DNA of 62,533 nucleotides from a virus (Duplodnaviria; Caudoviricetes): IMG/VR virus record IMGVR_UViG_3300031963_000146, positions 1 to 62,533 of that record; one strand, 5' to 3'. Shown piece by piece: positions 61,889 to 62,533 of this stretch (position 1 is its first letter; each line of letters starts with the position of its first letter). The notes under the pieces were generated by a model. It saw only the letters and a program-made list of their open reading frames with translations, ran no database searches and was not told where the DNA came from. The position numbers and the translations under genes were made by a program.

Positions 61889-61986
61889 CAACACGTAAAC
61901 CTAAGTACCCATACCGCTGACGGTGGGCTAAGTAAGATACAATTTCGTACCGCGGGAAGTAGAATGCTTAGGAGCGTGTTTTTTAT

Positions 61987-62101
61987 AGTCAGGTGGCGGA
62001 ATGGTATACGTACTCTAATGTGGTTTGACCCACTCTAAACATTAGAGTTAAAAAACCGAAGATGGGAAGTAGGTTTACAGGTTCGAATCCTGTCCTGACT
62101 A
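61987..62101 (+). ncRNA. tRNA-like RNA 1 (115 nt; intact acceptor/D/T arms, non-canonical anticodon domain)
   Basis: AGTCAGG/CCTGACT-A acceptor, TGGCGGAATGGTA D region, ACAGG-TTCGAAT-CCTGT T arm, 10-bp stem ACTCTAATGT/ACATTAGAGT with a 17-nt loop. Confidence 0.75.
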
Positions 62102-62232
62102 CTAAACTAACCAAGGAGCTGAATAAAAAGTAAGCAATAAGGAGTGAAAATAAATACGAATGTTTTACTATGGGAAATGGGACCGTAACTCAAGCGTATA
62201 TAGGTTGCGATCGGTAGGTTAGTTTTTTATAT

Positions 62233-62391
62233 AGTCAGGTGGCGGAATGGTAAACGCAGGTTTGTAGGTTACGTGCCATGAGTTGAAAGCAACCTTAAAC
62301 GGGGTTAACAACCGAAAAGATAGCTCGCTATTGACCTGAATTGACAGGAGAATTAAATAATGGCTTACAGGTTCGAATCCTGTCCTGACTA
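62233..62391 (+). ncRNA. tRNA-like RNA 2 (159 nt; same scaffold, different large insert)
   Basis: Same first 20 nt and same 3' TTACAGGTTCGAATCCTGTCCTGACTAC as RNA 1, around an unrelated ~105-nt insert. Confidence 0.75.
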
Positions 62392-62473
62392 CACCTTAAT
62401 ACCGATTCGAGTTTGACAATTAAGAGGGACCTTGCTCCTTAAGTGGAAAAAATGTCGTTAAATAACCCTCCGC

Positions 62474-62501
62474 ACCAGGTGGCATCGGTGACCTGGTTTT
62501 T
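62474..62501 (+). terminator. Terminator of the tRNA/ncRNA operon
   Basis: ACCAGGT-N10-ACCTGGT followed by a T run. Confidence 0.65.
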
Positions 62502-62533
62502 AAAAATATTTGGTTATTTAAAATTATAGTTGT

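Noticed and set aside
61844-62038. 64-aa ORF in the tRNA region
   Set aside because: It overlaps tRNA-Gln and tRNA-like RNA 1; RNA structure explains the sequence.
61987-62391. The two repeated tRNA ends as attL/attR or as CRISPR repeats
   Set aside because: Both 5' and 3' tRNA halves are duplicated around structured inserts, no integrase is nearby, and there are only two units.
61987-62391. tmRNA or group I intron-containing tRNA
   Set aside because: No G3:U70 alanine identity pair, a D stem is present, no tag ORF, and the inserts are too short for a group I core.

Overview
This window is a fragment of a large, AT-rich, myovirus-type (T4-like/jumbo) bacteriophage genome. Essentially all genes are on the + strand and use the standard genetic code. 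Promoter style (TTGG-N19-TAnnTTT) and the lack of Shine-Dalgarno sites point to a Bacteroidota host (inference). Gene order: contractile tail module (sheath, tube, tail chaperone pair with a slippery T7 site, tape measure, baseplate, hub with a CHAP-like domain); replication and recombination genes (minimal PolA-like enzyme, SSB, UvsX/RecA, 5'-3' exonuclease, DnaB-like helicase); HNH endonuclease; class I RNR; holin and M15 endolysin; ThyA; SLT; a 7-deazaguanine DNA-modification cluster (DpdA/TGT-like, QueC, QueD, QueE, FolE, PRTase, MazG-like); PolB, clamp and clamp loader; GroES/GroEL; an ~11 kb glycosyltransferase/methyltransferase island; a TraR-like protein; and a terminal RNA array. The most unusual items are two tRNA-scaffolded RNAs with near-identical acceptor/D/T arms but unrelated oversized inserts in place of the anticodon arm, interleaved with unexplained structured RNAs. 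Also notable are a recurrent peptide tag (RMQKLAGII-like) on scattered late-expressed orphan proteins, a PolA lacking the steric-gate Glu, and the non-canonical deazaguanine cluster. All calls come from motif recognition by eye; no searches were run.
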